A stretch of DNA of 64,000 nt from Antedon mediterranea (Eukaryota; Animalia; Echinodermata): NCBI RefSeq assembly GCF_964355755.1, contig NC_092673.1, positions 744,001 through 808,000 on the forward strand, written 5' to 3'. Position numbers and translations under genes: made by a program. This document shows, in pieces, positions 13,201 to 25,381 of the stretch; within the stretch, counting starts at the first letter, position 1; each line of letters opens with the position of its first letter. The notes below the pieces were generated by a model. That model was not told where the DNA came from, ran no database searches, and saw nothing but the letters and a program-made list of their open reading frames with translations.

Positions 13201-15953
13201 AGAGTGTTTCTACTGAGAGGCTGCTCTGTATTTAATAAAGTTCATTTGTTACAGGTTGATCGTAAAAAGATAGAGGCTATTGATTGGTTAGTTTTTGATC
13301 CGTCACAGAGGGCCGAAGCATTGAAGCAAAGCAATGCTGTCATGCGTACTTTCTTAGGTTAGTATATAAATCCAATAATCACACCCACTAATTGTTGCCA
13401 AATTTTTTACGCAGAACTTTCAAGGACTACACTTACTTACAGTAATGGTACGTATCATGTAACCTTTGTAAACTAAACCTCTTTATGTATCACATAATCT
13501 GCAGAACATACTGTTAATGTTCTTGTAGCCAGACACATGGCTGTCATTGACGAATACTTAGTATCTGTTGACTTCACTTATGGTGTACTCAAGATCTACG
13601 TTTATACCATGCTATACACTTATATTTTTTTAACAATTTTGTTTATATTACTAAATTTAATTTTTATTTTCTGCATCTCGTTCAGGAATCAAAAAGCATG
13701 ACGCTGCCAAAGAAGTGTTCCACAAGATTCCTGGAGACACTATCGATGTGATAATGAAGAACTGGTTGGGACATGCTGGCAGAGTGAGCCTTCCTGTTGA
13801 AGATGACAATGCTATCAAAGAGTATCTTTGTATCAAAGCTTATCTAGTAAGTCACCTCAGTAATAAGCCCACATTAATGTATAAGCCTGTCCCAATTACA
13901 TGTTCACTTTTGTACATTGTGGAAGTCTGAGTTGGAGGGTCACACCATTCTCAGAGATTTGGTTTGTGGTTTTTCTGCTATTGATCTTTCTCAGCACTCC
14001 TTTCTGAGTCTGAGGGTCACAGTACCATTAACGGTGATTGGTTTTTCTGCTTTTGACTCTCCTCATCATTCTGCTTCTTCCCTTCACTGTTTGCTTGTTT
14101 GTTTTTTGCTGAAAGGAATAAAATACGTTGTTTTCATTGTGTAGTGAGCATGAATTTATTTCAAGAGCTGTTCATGAACATGGATTTATTGATTTACAAT
14201 GTTGTAATCTTGTTTATCTCTCTAGAATGCATTAGATACATTTAACGATTGGTTTGAACATTTTCACAATAAGAAGCCAGTTGAACCCACAGTGATTGAG
14301 GGGGCAACATTCCACCAGAAGGTACAGCATGAACATGAAGAAAAAGAATTCAAGGTGATTTCATCAAACTTATTATTTTGTGTACATCCAATCCTCTCAA
14401 AATTGGACACAATATGGGAAAGGCGTCATTTTGGTTGTGAGAAAAATGTTACTACTTAATCGAAATAGACCAGGAAGGCAAAATGTCTAGAGCATCATCA
14501 TCAACTTCTTAAAGTTATTTGCTAAAGTAATTTTGACCATGGATAATAACGCAATTTCTTTTTTATTCTTATTTCAACTTTTTAGATGGAATTAGAAAGG
14601 TGGCAACATGGTTTAAACAGCAACACCAAAGCAGTGGTTGACAATATCTACAATGTTCTCTTGTTTCCTAATGGTGGTTGGATGGTGGATCAATATACAG
14701 TAAGTATTAGATTAACATCGTTTCTCCTTCTTTATGTTTTGCTGTGGAATACTGCTTACTATGTAGTTTAACATCCAAAATGTGGTGCATATGTTGGCAA
14801 TTAAAAAGCAAAACACAAGTAATTTTAATTCCAATACATTTATAAACAAAACATTGTTGTGAATCTTCAGTAAAACCACTGCTTTTTGCAATAAGGAACA
14901 TTCTGAACCAGTGGCCGTATTCACCATTCACACTTAGCCTACGGGAAACACCCTTAAAATAAAATCTACCTATATACAATTTAAGGGAAATACTTAAACA
15001 TATCACACTTAAGTGTGATTGGTGAATACGGCCACTGGACCCTATATTTGTATTTAAGTTTACCACCAAATTACACTACAATTTACATTCTTATTGTACA
15101 AGACTTTATTATTTCTAGGATGATTTAATGGATAATTCACGAGCAACTCAGCTACAAAGATTGCGTGAACTATGTATTCCACTGCTGGTGTTCTTACTAC
15201 AGTCAGTGTTGCACACTACAGGGCAGTACAAACAGGCTCTGATGTTGGCTGATGTTATTGCTTCAGAGGAACAACAACTTTATACTGCAAGTGGTTTATT
15301 TTGTGTTTGCATTTTTACTCATTTTATTTGTTTCTTTATCCATTGCTTTTTCAAATTCAATTAAATTTATTTTGACAAAAATCAGCAGACATCAAAATAG
15401 TATATTTACATTTACAAAACAAATAAAAAACACCAATAATTAATTGTTTAAGGTTAATTAAATTAATACATTGTAATATTGTGAGTGTTGTCTGGGTTTT
15501 CAATAATGAATATATGCAATAAGATGTTGGAGAGTTATGAATTTGTTGAATACAGAAATGAGACTCCCAACTTTATACATAATTATGCTATTTACATACT
15601 TACTCATTCTCACTTAACTACTCCACTCAACTCCACTACTTCAAAACTTGATTTTCTTGACATAATTTAATCTAAGCTGTGTACTCAGGCCGTTTCCACA
15701 GGCAGTTTATCAGTTAATTTTTATCAGTTAATTTTTGGTTGCGGAAACACGGCCTTAATTTATACTATGTACTTAATTTAAAATACATACTTAATTTTAT
15801 TAAGTTTGGCACCAAGCTTGCTCTTGATGTATTGTGATTTATTTCTTCCAGGTTTTTGATAAAGATGAATTAAGAAAACTGCTGTGCAAGATAAGGGAAT
15901 CATCCATTGAATTACTTGATGACAATTTAGATGCTCTGGGATACGAAATGTGA
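4300..15953 (+). CDS. NUP107: nuclear pore complex protein Nup107 (24 coding exons, about 946 aa)
   Basis: Exons: 4300-4331, 4524-4639, 5566-5646, 6462-6571, 7976-8141, 8391-8547, 9049-9175, 9590-9750, 9903-10029, 10186-10339, 10476-10618, 10800-10945, 11148-11196, 11294-11363, 11636-11793, 12173-12269, 12561-12614, 12988-13103, 13255-13357, 13686-13846, 14226-14354, 14586-14699, 15119-15286, 15852-15953 (sum 2841 nt, in frame). Recognised motifs: [88 protein letters not shown]. The first four exons are less certain. Confidence 0.95.
4880..5430. repeat. 39-bp AT-rich repeat in two clusters (Nup107 intron 2)
   Basis: AATATGGCAAATAATATATATAACTATTATTAACAAAGT repeated at about 4880-4985 and 5310-5390, each cluster followed by TTGAAACATATTAAAAAAAGAACCACATTTTG. 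Confidence 0.85.
5881..6363. repeat. 48-bp minisatellite, about 10 copies (Nup107 intron 3)
   Basis: Unit AAATGGCCTATGYATCCACCTAGGAAAACACACACAGATTTAGTCCCT. Confidence 0.97.
6733..7553. repeat. 18-bp minisatellite, about 45 copies (Nup107 intron 4)
   Basis: Unit TGAAATCA(G/T)TAT(A/T)AAGAT, with variants arranged in blocks. Confidence 0.97.
8722..9008. repeat. 57-bp tandem repeat, 5 copies (Nup107 intron 6)
   Basis: Unit TTATGTGCATAAAACATCAATTGCCTTTATGAAATGTTCATGTCCTTATGGTTTATA. Confidence 0.95.
9157..9509 (+). repeat. 51-bp tandem repeat containing the Nup107 exon-7 end and its splice donor, 7 copies
   Basis: ATGGACAC(A/C)GGGATGGAT|GTAAGT recurs with GT at 9176, 9227, 9278, 9329, 9380, 9431 and 9482. 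Confidence 0.95.
14908..15038. mobile_element. small MITE (terminal inverted repeats)
   Basis: CCAGTGGCCGTATTCACCATTCACACTT ... AAGTGTGATTGGTGAATACGGCCACTGG. Confidence 0.75.
15688..15755. mobile_element. tiny Harbinger-like MITE remnant
   Basis: AGGCCGTTTCC ... GGAAACACGGCCT inverted ends with an internal 18-bp duplication. Confidence 0.45.
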
Positions 15954-16539
15954 ATTTATAAACGAATGCATTCTGTATATTCATTCAATATTAGGAATAG
16001 GCCCTAATATTTGTCTACATGCTCTAACTAGAGCTCCATTCATGATTGACCCTTCCACAAAGTGGAATCTACTGATTATGTTTCCTAAAAATCTGAACAC
16101 AGATCACACACAAATTAAAATTACCCTTGCACTCTATATTTAGATCAGGGTTTCATTCTTCCCTGCTTTGATGATTAAAAAAAATATTGATGTATTTAAA
16201 CATATTTAAAGTGAAACTCTCCAACATTTTCTATAAAAAATTTAAAATGGCTAATGATGTTTGTATTACCTGGACAGTGGCATGTATGAAACATGTAATA
16301 TAATAAACGTTTTTGTACTTTGGTCCTGATTGGTTTTTGTATTGTTTGTATATTCAGTAAAATCATGCCTTGTGGCAATTGAATTGACAACATAACCACA
16401 ATTATGAAACGAAATGTGATGATGTGGAAAGACCATTTAAAAAATGTGTCTAATTATGTTATCCAGCCTCAATATATTATTTATCTATTACAGTACAGAG
16501 AGTAAGTAGGCCTATTAATTATTGTGCGGTCATAGTGTA

Positions 16540-17200
16540 TTATGATTGGCTGCAGTTAGGAACGATAAACTCTGCAGTAGAATGACAAACTCTGATTGGT
16601 CAAGTTAAAAGTAGATCAACCCACAAAACAAAATAAATAAATTTGTCACGTGTGCGTCCTCTTCTTCTTTTCGCTGTTTGTTTTGTAATGTGTTACCGTC
16701 AACAATTACTGGACTCCGTCAACAACTAGTTTTAAAGATCCAAGGAGTAGGCCTAGGCTAGTCCACAAATGTTTATACCTCCTTGGTCCACACCATGAGG
16801 TAAAATTATTATTTTTTTACCTCCATGCCTAGCCTAGGCCATTACTTAATTTTAATCTTCCTTCCTGAGCATATGGAACATAAAACATAGTGATGAACAA
16901 GACAAAAAGTAGAAAAAGCACTCATTTGACTATGGAATTTAAAACGTCACAAAATGCGAGTTGACGTTTTGTTGACGTGATGTGACAGTTCGTGCGTCGG
17001 GTTCGCGCTGTTTTTGTTTTTGTGGTGATGAATGAATCAGGAGGACCGGTATCAACTGGATTGTTTTTTAACTAACTATAGTTTGTTATTTTTTTGTCAG
17101 GACCAATTGCTTATAATTGAGTTTTGTCATATATTGATGGTCGTGCATTTAAGTACCAGAAAATATCGTTTTTTAAGGGCTTATAATCGGGGTAAATCGG
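16540..17200 (+). promoter_or_regulatory. promoter and non-coding first exon(s) of small gene A
   Basis: Two reverse CCAAT boxes (GATTGG near 16544 and 16594), E-box GTCACGTG near 16644, TGACGT motifs near 16962-16980, CpG-richer; followed by a CTAG/AGGCCT patch at 17260-17585. Confidence 0.5.
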
Positions 17201-18285
17201 TTAAAAAGAACGGTTTACTAACCCATTCTTTATTCGAAATAGAAAACGGTTCCCTCTGCTAGGCATTTATAGGCCTAGGCCTAGACTAGTAGTAGGCCAA
17301 GCTCTCAGCAGATAGGCCTAACCTAGCCTATTTCGATTTTACTCTGCCCGTCGATGACGATGTACGTGCCTCCAAGCTAGGGCCTACTGTTGTAGAATAG
17401 ACCTACGGCTAAGGCAAAATTTGAAGAGTTTTTACATTTTAATATATTATTGGCCTAGGCCTAGCCTATATATATATAGAGGTAATTATTTTGTTTGTGT
17501 ATTTTTTATAATGATTAATATGATAATAAGATAAGCCTACCATCCAAGCCTAGACCTAGCTAGGCCTCGCCTAGTTAGAGGCCAATTTATTCTCTTATAT
17601 TTCAATTTTATTTCTTATTCCATGATTTTTACAATATTAATAAAGCACATTATAATTCGGTTACAGCCTTCTTATCAAAAAACATGCAGGTGTTTCCTGG
17701 TTGGTTGCTATTGTTGCTCATTATAAACATGCATAATCATATTTTTTGTTGGCATTAAAACAAATTGTAGTAAAGATATATAAAAGTAGACAACCATGTG
17801 TCTGCTAATGGCAATGCATGAGAAGGCGTACTAACCTAATCCTGAAAAATGAATGCAGATTGCAATTTGGCACACATTCCTAGGTTTCTGAATAAAATGT
17901 CAACATAACACTACTGATACTGTATACACTCGAGTGGATACAGGATTTGTTTACTAGACGAGAAGCAAATTTTGGTTTTTTTAAATGGCTGACACAGGGC
18001 CCCCTCTGGTCTACTCCTGGATCTGCTGTGTACCACATGATTTTGGTGTACATCAGATGGTGTATTCATTAACTTTTTTGATAAATATTTGGAAATATTT
18101 TTCTGAAATTAAAATAGTATCTTGTTTATCAATTGTCCTTGTTTTAGGGATTCTGTACCAGTATACAGTACTGTATAATAGAGATTTTTATATAAATAAG
18201 TATAAATTATTTATTATTATTTAAGTTTATTAATTGTTGTTATTGATTCATAATAAATGAAATGTTATATTTTATCTTTAGAAAG

Positions 18286-18522
18286 ATGTCCACTACAGAA
18301 ACTGAATATATTGGAATTCTGGATCCAGACAGTGACATTACAGCTGAAAATGATCCCCTTCATCTTGCAAAGACAATACAAGCTATTCCATCATATTCCC
18401 CTCCTAAAAGTTTAACAAATTTGAGTAAAACAGTTTGTAAAAAACCAGTATCCATCAAGAAACGACGTCACAGTCATTCAGATAATGATCAAAATAGCAA
18501 AAAACTAGTTAGAACAGTATAA
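18286..18522 (+). CDS. small orphan protein A (78 aa, MSTTETEYIGILDPD...NDPLHLAK...KKRRHSH...), putative nuclear microprotein
   Basis: ATG 4 nt after a pyrimidine-rich acceptor (TTTTATCTTTAG|AAAGATG); coding-like composition; basic NLS-like C-terminus; upstream promoter signals. Confidence 0.55.
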   Translation: MSTTETEYIGILDPDSDITAENDPLHLAKTIQAIPSYSPPKSLTNLSKTVCKKPVSIKKRRHSHSDNDQNSKKLVRTV

Positions 18523-19050
18523 GACTTGATTTATAGAGTTTGTGATCAGTTGATGAGAAAAAAACAAGCTGGTTATCCACATCAGTTTAATTTTAAGCTT
18601 GGATACATCAAAATTCTGAATTGATTGTGGAACTGAGCTTCGGACCACGCAAGACAATGCTAAATGAATCTTGCCAATTGAACCATAGCCAGGACTAAGC
18701 ATCAGCCTATGCGCAAGATCCAACATTGTAAGTAATTGTGGATCAAAACTGATTACTTAGTTTGTTTGATTGGAAGAGAAGTTGCACATTGATCACCAAA
18801 TATATCTGCAAGTGCCTTATTTGCGGCGGTTTAGTAGAGGCATGTAATCGTCTTTCATCCATTCGTTGTGGAGGTCTTGCAATTTAGAGTTTTATCATGA
18901 TATTGTATATTTTCTAAAAGATGTACTTAGTGCATGGAGGCATTTTATGCTTAGTGCATGTTGAGTTGAGATCATGTATTTAAAATGTAGTAAAAATATG
19001 TATTAATTCCAGTGGTTACCTATTGTTGTTCAATGTGGGCACCACTTGCA

Positions 19051-19190
19051 TCATATGACGAGGTGTCTGAGTTAAATCCGTCAAGTCGTCTTGAGATATC
19101 GTCGGCGTAGTTTTTAGGTCGTCGGGAGAACTTTAAAAATGTTTAATTTTCTCTTGACGGGCCTTGTCGTATGACACTGTCTGAGTTAAC
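19051..19190. mobile_element. degenerate palindromic MITE-like element
   Basis: Inverted CATATGACGAGG/CCTTGTCGTATG and CCGTCAAG/CTTGACGG, imperfect internal palindrome, and a direct repeat TGTCTGAGTTAA. Confidence 0.4.
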
Positions 19191-20059
19191 CTTTAGAAAG
19201 GAAGGTTCCTGGGACAAATCTTATTTGTGCTGGAAATATTGTCTATTGAAGACTTGTTTAAATTACTTAAACTGTCGTTATGATTTAAGGTGTTGTCCTT
19301 TTCAATGAGTATACTGTATTAAAACTAGTATAGTGAAAGATGTCCGGGTATTCTTTTACATTGGAACTCAAAAGGCAATACTTTTCATAATTCTGTATTT
19401 CTTTCCTTCTCTAGACTATGGGAGTAAAGAATTTAACAATAATTTCAATATTTAAGGTTGCTCTAACAAAACACTTAATTTCATGTTATGTATAGTTTGT
19501 TTAATTTTCTATACATGTATATAAGGTTTTATTTTAAATGTTTGTATTGTAATATGGAGTGAGTGCAAATTTTTTTAGCTTATTCTCACTCCTGGTTAAT
19601 ATTCATTGGTGACTGATTATTATTATTATTGTAGATTCTGTGTACAATCAAGATTAATTAGTTGATCATAGCTCTTGTTTGTTTGTTTGTTTGTTTTATT
19701 GGTTTCACCACACATTTTAAAATAAAAGATAACAATTACAAGTTGCAAAAAGAAAATTACAATAAACAAGAAAAACACAAAAATGTGCGGATGGAGGTCA
19801 AAATAAGTTGCGGACAACTTTAAGTCGTGACCACCAGTTAAAAAAAAAAAAAAATGAAGGTCTTAATATCTACAGTACTAATTGATAAATGTTTCCTCTT
19901 TATACTAAAGATTTTACCTTTTGTGTAGCTGCGAGGGCCATAATCTCTCCTTTGCCAGCCTAAACCATACAAGATGTATCACCTTTACAAAAGGCCATTC
20001 ACCAAACAGGATTACAATGGATTTACCCTATTTAATTAATAAGTAGTATTTGTACTGTG

Positions 20060-21060
20060 AAGAGCTTGATCATTATGTATATTTGTTTGTATATATTTTA
20101 ATTTTATTTAAGATATAGATTTTAAGAAATAGGTTTTAAGATGTATTTATAATGTTTGTTAATATTAATTGTATAATGTACATAGCCTTGCATTTGCGTG
20201 GTTTACTTGTAGAAACCATGTTAAATTACTGTTAAAGGTTAACTTTGAGTTTAAAATTTCTATACCTTAATATAAAATATAAACATTTGCAACCACGTTG
20301 ATATTAACCCATTGAAGAGTGAGCATTATGAAATACAGTTGCCTCTTTTTAAAAAGTGGTGCAAGGACTTATTCCTTGAATTTTATTGATTTTTTCAGAC
20401 TGGTACTGGTAGCATCACTTTTGAAAATGTGGGTCAATTCTATGATTCCTCTTCTGCTGCAAAGTTGAAAACATCATAGGCCTACAGTTTTCATCAACAT
20501 GGTTGTAAATGCTTATAGTGTATATTAAACATTAGATATTTTAAGCCTGGAGTTACCCTTTAAAAGTATGGTTTCTCTAAACACCGAAAAGCAAATGCAG
20601 ATACCAACATTGATTGTTCTGAAACATTCATCGTTTATTATTCTACTACATAACTGTATGTGGCAGTACTGTAGTTGGAAGGATGGGTAAATGGATTCTA
20701 TTATTCTACTACATAACTGTATGTGGCAGTACTGTAGTTGGAAGGATGGATGAATGAATGGATTTCATAACATTAATGAAGAAACATTTTAGATAATCGT
20801 ATATATAATATTTATGATTATATTTAGTATTTGATTACATTTTTTTCAAGACAGACAGAATAAATTAAATAATAATGTATAAAATTGTTAATTGTGAGAT
20901 TTTGATTTTAGCTCATTTAGGCCAATAAGTTTTTAATTCTTTTTTTTTTATATATTGATATTCTTGGTATATACATGGACCTTAATTTATAGGCTAGATC
21001 TATGGTATATGACGGATAATACATTTTTACACAGATGTAAAACTTGCTCAAGTATAAAAA
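20060..21060 (+). repeat. paralogous non-coding block (counterpart at about 32930-35030)
   Basis: Shared strings such as ATAGCCTTGCATTTGC..GGTTTACTTGT(A/G)GAAACCATGTTAAATTACTGT, TTTAAGCCTGGAGTTACC, ACCAACATTGATTGTTCTGAAACATT, and the doubled CTACATAACTGTATGTG(G/A)CAGTACTGTAGTTGGAAGGATGG. Confidence 0.85.
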
Positions 21061-21321
21061 AGATACATTTTTTAATCTCTGTGTGAGAGTTTTTATCCAA
21101 GGTCGCTAATTTAATTTTTTATTGTTTATGTATAATAAAATTGATAATAAATTGAAATTGAATAAACAAAGTGACTCTGTAAAAGCTAAGCTTTTCATTT
21201 GACAGGATGTTAGACAATAGGTCTTTTGTTATTTAAACTTTGACCCTTGGCTTGTGCTACTTAATTAGTTGTTGTTTTATATTTTATTCATTGGACTTGA
21301 TAATGACCCCATGATGGAGTC

Positions 21322-22203
21322 ATTTAGGTATATTTATTCATAAAAAGACATCAAAATACAACGGCAGCCAAAAGGCTGAAAAGTAGTATTTTACAAAATT
21401 TGATAAAAATATATAAATACATTATGTATAAAAGGTAAAACTAGTTTAAAAAAAAAAATAATAATTTACCACATTAAAATTGGTCTACCTGTAAGTTAAA
21501 ATAGTGCCAGCCTATTCAATATTCATCATTAATGAGTCGGACTAAAAAGGGGACTGGTGAAGATCTAAATCTTTCTGTACGACCAAACGGGATTTTGAGT
21601 AGAGGCTTACTCGCAGACCTCAGGGTTCTGCTAATGTCACGAACAGGGGGAAGAATGCTTCTAAATGTATCGGACTTTATTATTCCTTTACCAAATTTCA
21701 GTAAGAGTTGGACTCTTCTGTTAACTAGCGATGGAAGATCTGACAATTTAAGAGCAGACTCGTAGGATACATAGTTCATGCCATAAATGATTCGTAGAGC
21801 TCTTTTTTGAATTCTTTCTATTGACTTAGTTTGGTCTTTCGTAATTGAACTGTGCCACACAGGGCATGCATATTCAACTAAAGGACGTATATAGCAAGTA
21901 TATACTTGTAGTAAATCTTTAGAAGGCGCCTTGGCTTTCTTAAGTATAATCAAAGTGTACAAACGTCGACATGCTTTAGCAACGATATCATGAATATGCA
22001 TCTCCCATTTAAGGTTATCCTGCAAGGTGACACCAAGCAGTTTAATGTGATTTACACATTTAAGATCATGGCCATTTAGATTGAAACTGGGAGGAGGACA
22101 GTCGGACTTTAGGAAGGAAATACGCATCACATTGCACTTGGATGGCTTGGGGAGGACTCTATTTATCAAACACCAATCATCAAGTTGATTTAAAGTGTCC
22201 TGC
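21322..22203 (-). mobile_element. 5'-truncated CR1/L2-type LINE (ORF2 C-terminal fragment plus 3' UTR)
   Basis: ORF 21516-22169 with LLGVTLQDNLKW, YIRPLVEYACPVWH and IERIQKRALRII, typical post-RT motifs; 3' stem-loop TTTCAGCCTTTTGGCTG near 21362-21382. Confidence 0.9.
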
Positions 22204-22604
22204 GAAACGTCGTTCTCTTTTAAGTGTTATTTTTATATTATGTATTTACAATAAACGTACCCTCATTCGTAATAAATGATTACACAAGGAAAGTTCATTT
22301 TATTCTTTATTATAGTGCGAGGCTGTGTATGTACTATGTGCTGGTTCAATATTCAATATCAAAAGAACAAATAAAATCTGAAAATAAAGTATAATATTTG
22401 GATGTAGTGCCCTCACAAAACAAAATTCACAAATAAATTGTGTTCTTTATTATACATTTAGTTTAGATCATTGGACTGCTGACTCTTGTACTTGTTATAG
22501 TAATCTTATTTACTTTAGCAGTCCCTGACCATTTCATCTCATATATTTTATATGGTTTGTTGGTCAATAAATGAAATTAATTAATTCACATGAACCTTTA
22601 AGTT

Positions 22605-23135
22605 TATTAGTAGGTGTTATAACGTTCGTAAAACCAGTTACTTATTCGCTGTAGAGGGCGTAGATGCAAAAAAGTTAGCGGAACTAGGGTGGAAAATGAG
22701 TAAAGTAGGTCAAGGGTCATCGATCCATACAAAAATGTTGTGAAAAAATTTAGTAGGTCAAGTGTTATAACGTTCGTAAAGCCAGTTGAGGGCGTAAATG
22801 CAAAAAGTTTGCGGAACTTGGGTGGCAAATGGTAAAGTAGGTCAAGGGTCATCGATCCATACCAAAAATATTGTGAAAAAATTAAGTAGGTCAAGTGTCA
22901 TAACGTTCGTAAAAGCCAGTTACTTATTCGTCGTAGAGTAGATGCAAAAAAAGTTCGCGGAACTACTGTGGAAAATGACAAAGTAGGTCAAGGGTCATCG
23001 ATCTAAACCAAAATATTTTGAAAATATTAAGTAGGTCAAGTGTTATAACGTTCGTAAAAGATAGTTACTTATTGCGTAAATGCATAAAATGTTATTGAAC
23101 TTTGACCGGAAGAAGTAGAGGAGGTCAAGCCTAAC
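22605..23135. repeat. diverged tandem repeat of about 135-150 bp, about 3.5 copies
   Basis: TAACGTTCGTAAA recurs near 22620, 22768, 22901 and 23046, with AAGTAGGTCAAG subrepeats. Confidence 0.85.
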
Positions 23136-23699
23136 ATGTTGATGCAATAACAACTCAATTAGACAGTTATTACGTATTAAAATCTGTTTTTTTTTTGTGA
23201 CTGTCCCTTCAATTAAACTTGAATAAGACATCAAATATTTGTTTTTTTGGATGAATTTGACATGAATTTGTTGAGCCCCTATGTAAAACAAACCGATACT
23301 ATAATAGCCCTAAGCTTCTTACACGCCTCCTTAATGAGAGATAGATTTTAACTCAGTAAAACTAAAGACATTTTTGAAGACGTATAAATAAATTAAACAT
23401 AATATGTGAATATGTACAAATAAATATAATACTACTGTAAATAACTTAATAACTCCATAATTTTCACATTTTCTAATTTTATCAAATTTCATAATCTTGT
23501 AAATAAATAATCAATTTCCATATTTCCCTTATTTAATTAAATTTTTAAATTTGTAGATAAATTTTAGCTAAATTTGTATTTTTATGTATTTTTCTTGTGC
23601 AATATATTTGATTCCACTTTTATTTGTTCTTTGATTTCTATGTGAACTTTATATACTGTTTTATGCCTGTTTTAAATGTTTTTATATTTGTAAGTATCA

Positions 23700-23990
23700 T
23701 GTAATTCAGCCATTGGCTGCGATTTTGATATGCAATAAAATGAAATGAAAAAAGCAGAGCGAGTCGATCGACCTTGACAAAAACAGCCGACCAATCAGCT
23801 GAGTTGATGATGTAGCTTCATTCATGACAAAACATAAATATCTGTCTACGTCTGGCGTGACTCCACTAGTAGTAGTAACTGTACACAAAATACAAGAATT
23901 TCATTTCCGGTGTGTTTATTGTTGTAAAATTCGGTTTTACTAGTCACACACACCACCAAATTTATACTTTGTAATCGACAGGACAGGTAT
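23700..23990 (+). promoter_or_regulatory. promoter and non-coding exon 1 of small gene B
   Basis: CCAAT boxes near 23711 and 23791, ETS-like ATTTCCGGTG near 23903, strong donor GACAG|GTATGT at 23986/23987. Confidence 0.55.
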
Positions 23991-24137
23991 GTTACTTATA
24001 ATTATTGTAGTTAGATCAGATCTACATAAATATGGTCTTGGTGGAAATTGTTTGTGTACTGACGATATGGAGGCGGTTGTTACGCATGCTGCACGAGCTG
24101 GTTTATATCTGAGGCGGGTGTATATCCTAGAACTTAA

Positions 24138-24763
24138 AGCCCCATTCCCTACGTTTTTTAGATCTATTTTAAGATCACAAACTATATTTAATGTAAAAAT
24201 AATACTATATGGTCCTATTGCGATAACTTTTTTCGTCTTTAAACGGTTAAAAATGTGAAAAATAAATCGATTCTAATAATTATAGAGGCCCGCTATAAAT
24301 CCCAAAATGCATTGCGCGCGGATTGATATTTTTGTTTTTCACCTGTAATTCGCCCACTTTTCGATCGATCGTGAAGCCAAAACAAATGGAAGACTCCTAA
24401 CTTTTCAGCGAAAATACCGGGTTTTCCCCAATTTGTATCAACGGAGTCTGGCAAAAATAGAAAGACAATTAATGCAGCAACTATACAACGTCAGGCTAGG
24501 TATATAGCTAGCGTACGATGTTCGTACGTTATCGATGTTTACCAGCTAGGCCTACAAAACTAAGCCTAGCTAGGCTAGGCCAAAGACCGTCCACGAGAGG
24601 TCGATCGCCGCGAGCTACTTAGGTAGTGCATTGTTTCTCACTTTTTATCATAATTTACCATAAAACGTACATTTAAGACAAGGAATGACATGGTTTAATG
24701 TTTTTAAAGTGATATATATGTATTATTTTCCAAAAAACGTCCAAAATTGCAGGGAAGGGGTCT
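24138..24763. mobile_element. non-autonomous Kolobok-type DNA transposon
   Basis: TTAA|AGCCCCATTCCCTAC ... GCAGGGAAGGGGTCT|TTAA: TTAA target duplication, AG...CT termini, imperfect TIRs. Confidence 0.75.
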
Positions 24764-25050
24764 TTAAATCTAGAAAACAGATAATAATTTCACTTCGTTT
24801 TTAGTTTCTTCTAGGCCTAGTCTTAGTTTACTTTTTTAGGCTAGGCCAGCCACCTAAATTAATGAAATGTCGAAATTATTATTTACAAACAATGAACATT
24901 TGGGTTATAATATTCGCCCGGTAGGACCCAGTATTATGATATAAAAAGTTATCCACTACACATGCTGTATGAGGATGATATTTTTTTTTATTTCATTATT
25001 TTTATTAAATAAATTATTTGTTATTTATTTATTTATTTATTTTGTTCATA

Positions 25051-25196
25051 ATTGGTCAGATGTTTTGCCCTACTCTCCCTCTGATGTAATTTGTACTTTT
25101 TACTAAGTACATTTGAGAATACTTACGAAAAAAGGCGCTGATGGCTAGGGGTTAGATTCCAGCCCAGTCAGAGTAGGGCAAAACATCAGACCAATG
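25051..25196. mobile_element. MITE-like inverted repeat
   Basis: ATTGGTCAGATGTTTTGCCCTACTCT ... AGAGTAGGGCAAAACATCAGACCAAT (about 26-bp arms). Confidence 0.7.
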
Positions 25197-25381
25197 AGCG
25201 ATGCGAGACATGGTAACTATGTGCACACAGGGTGAAAACATAACCTCCTCTGTGAATGGATGTGAGGTGAGAGAGGGTTTTTGCTAGTTCGCACAGGGGA
25301 ACCTGGGGAGGGGTAATTGTCCTGTTGATTTGTGAGTAGATAAAAAAGAATTTTTACAAATTTATTATTATTGTTTTGCAG

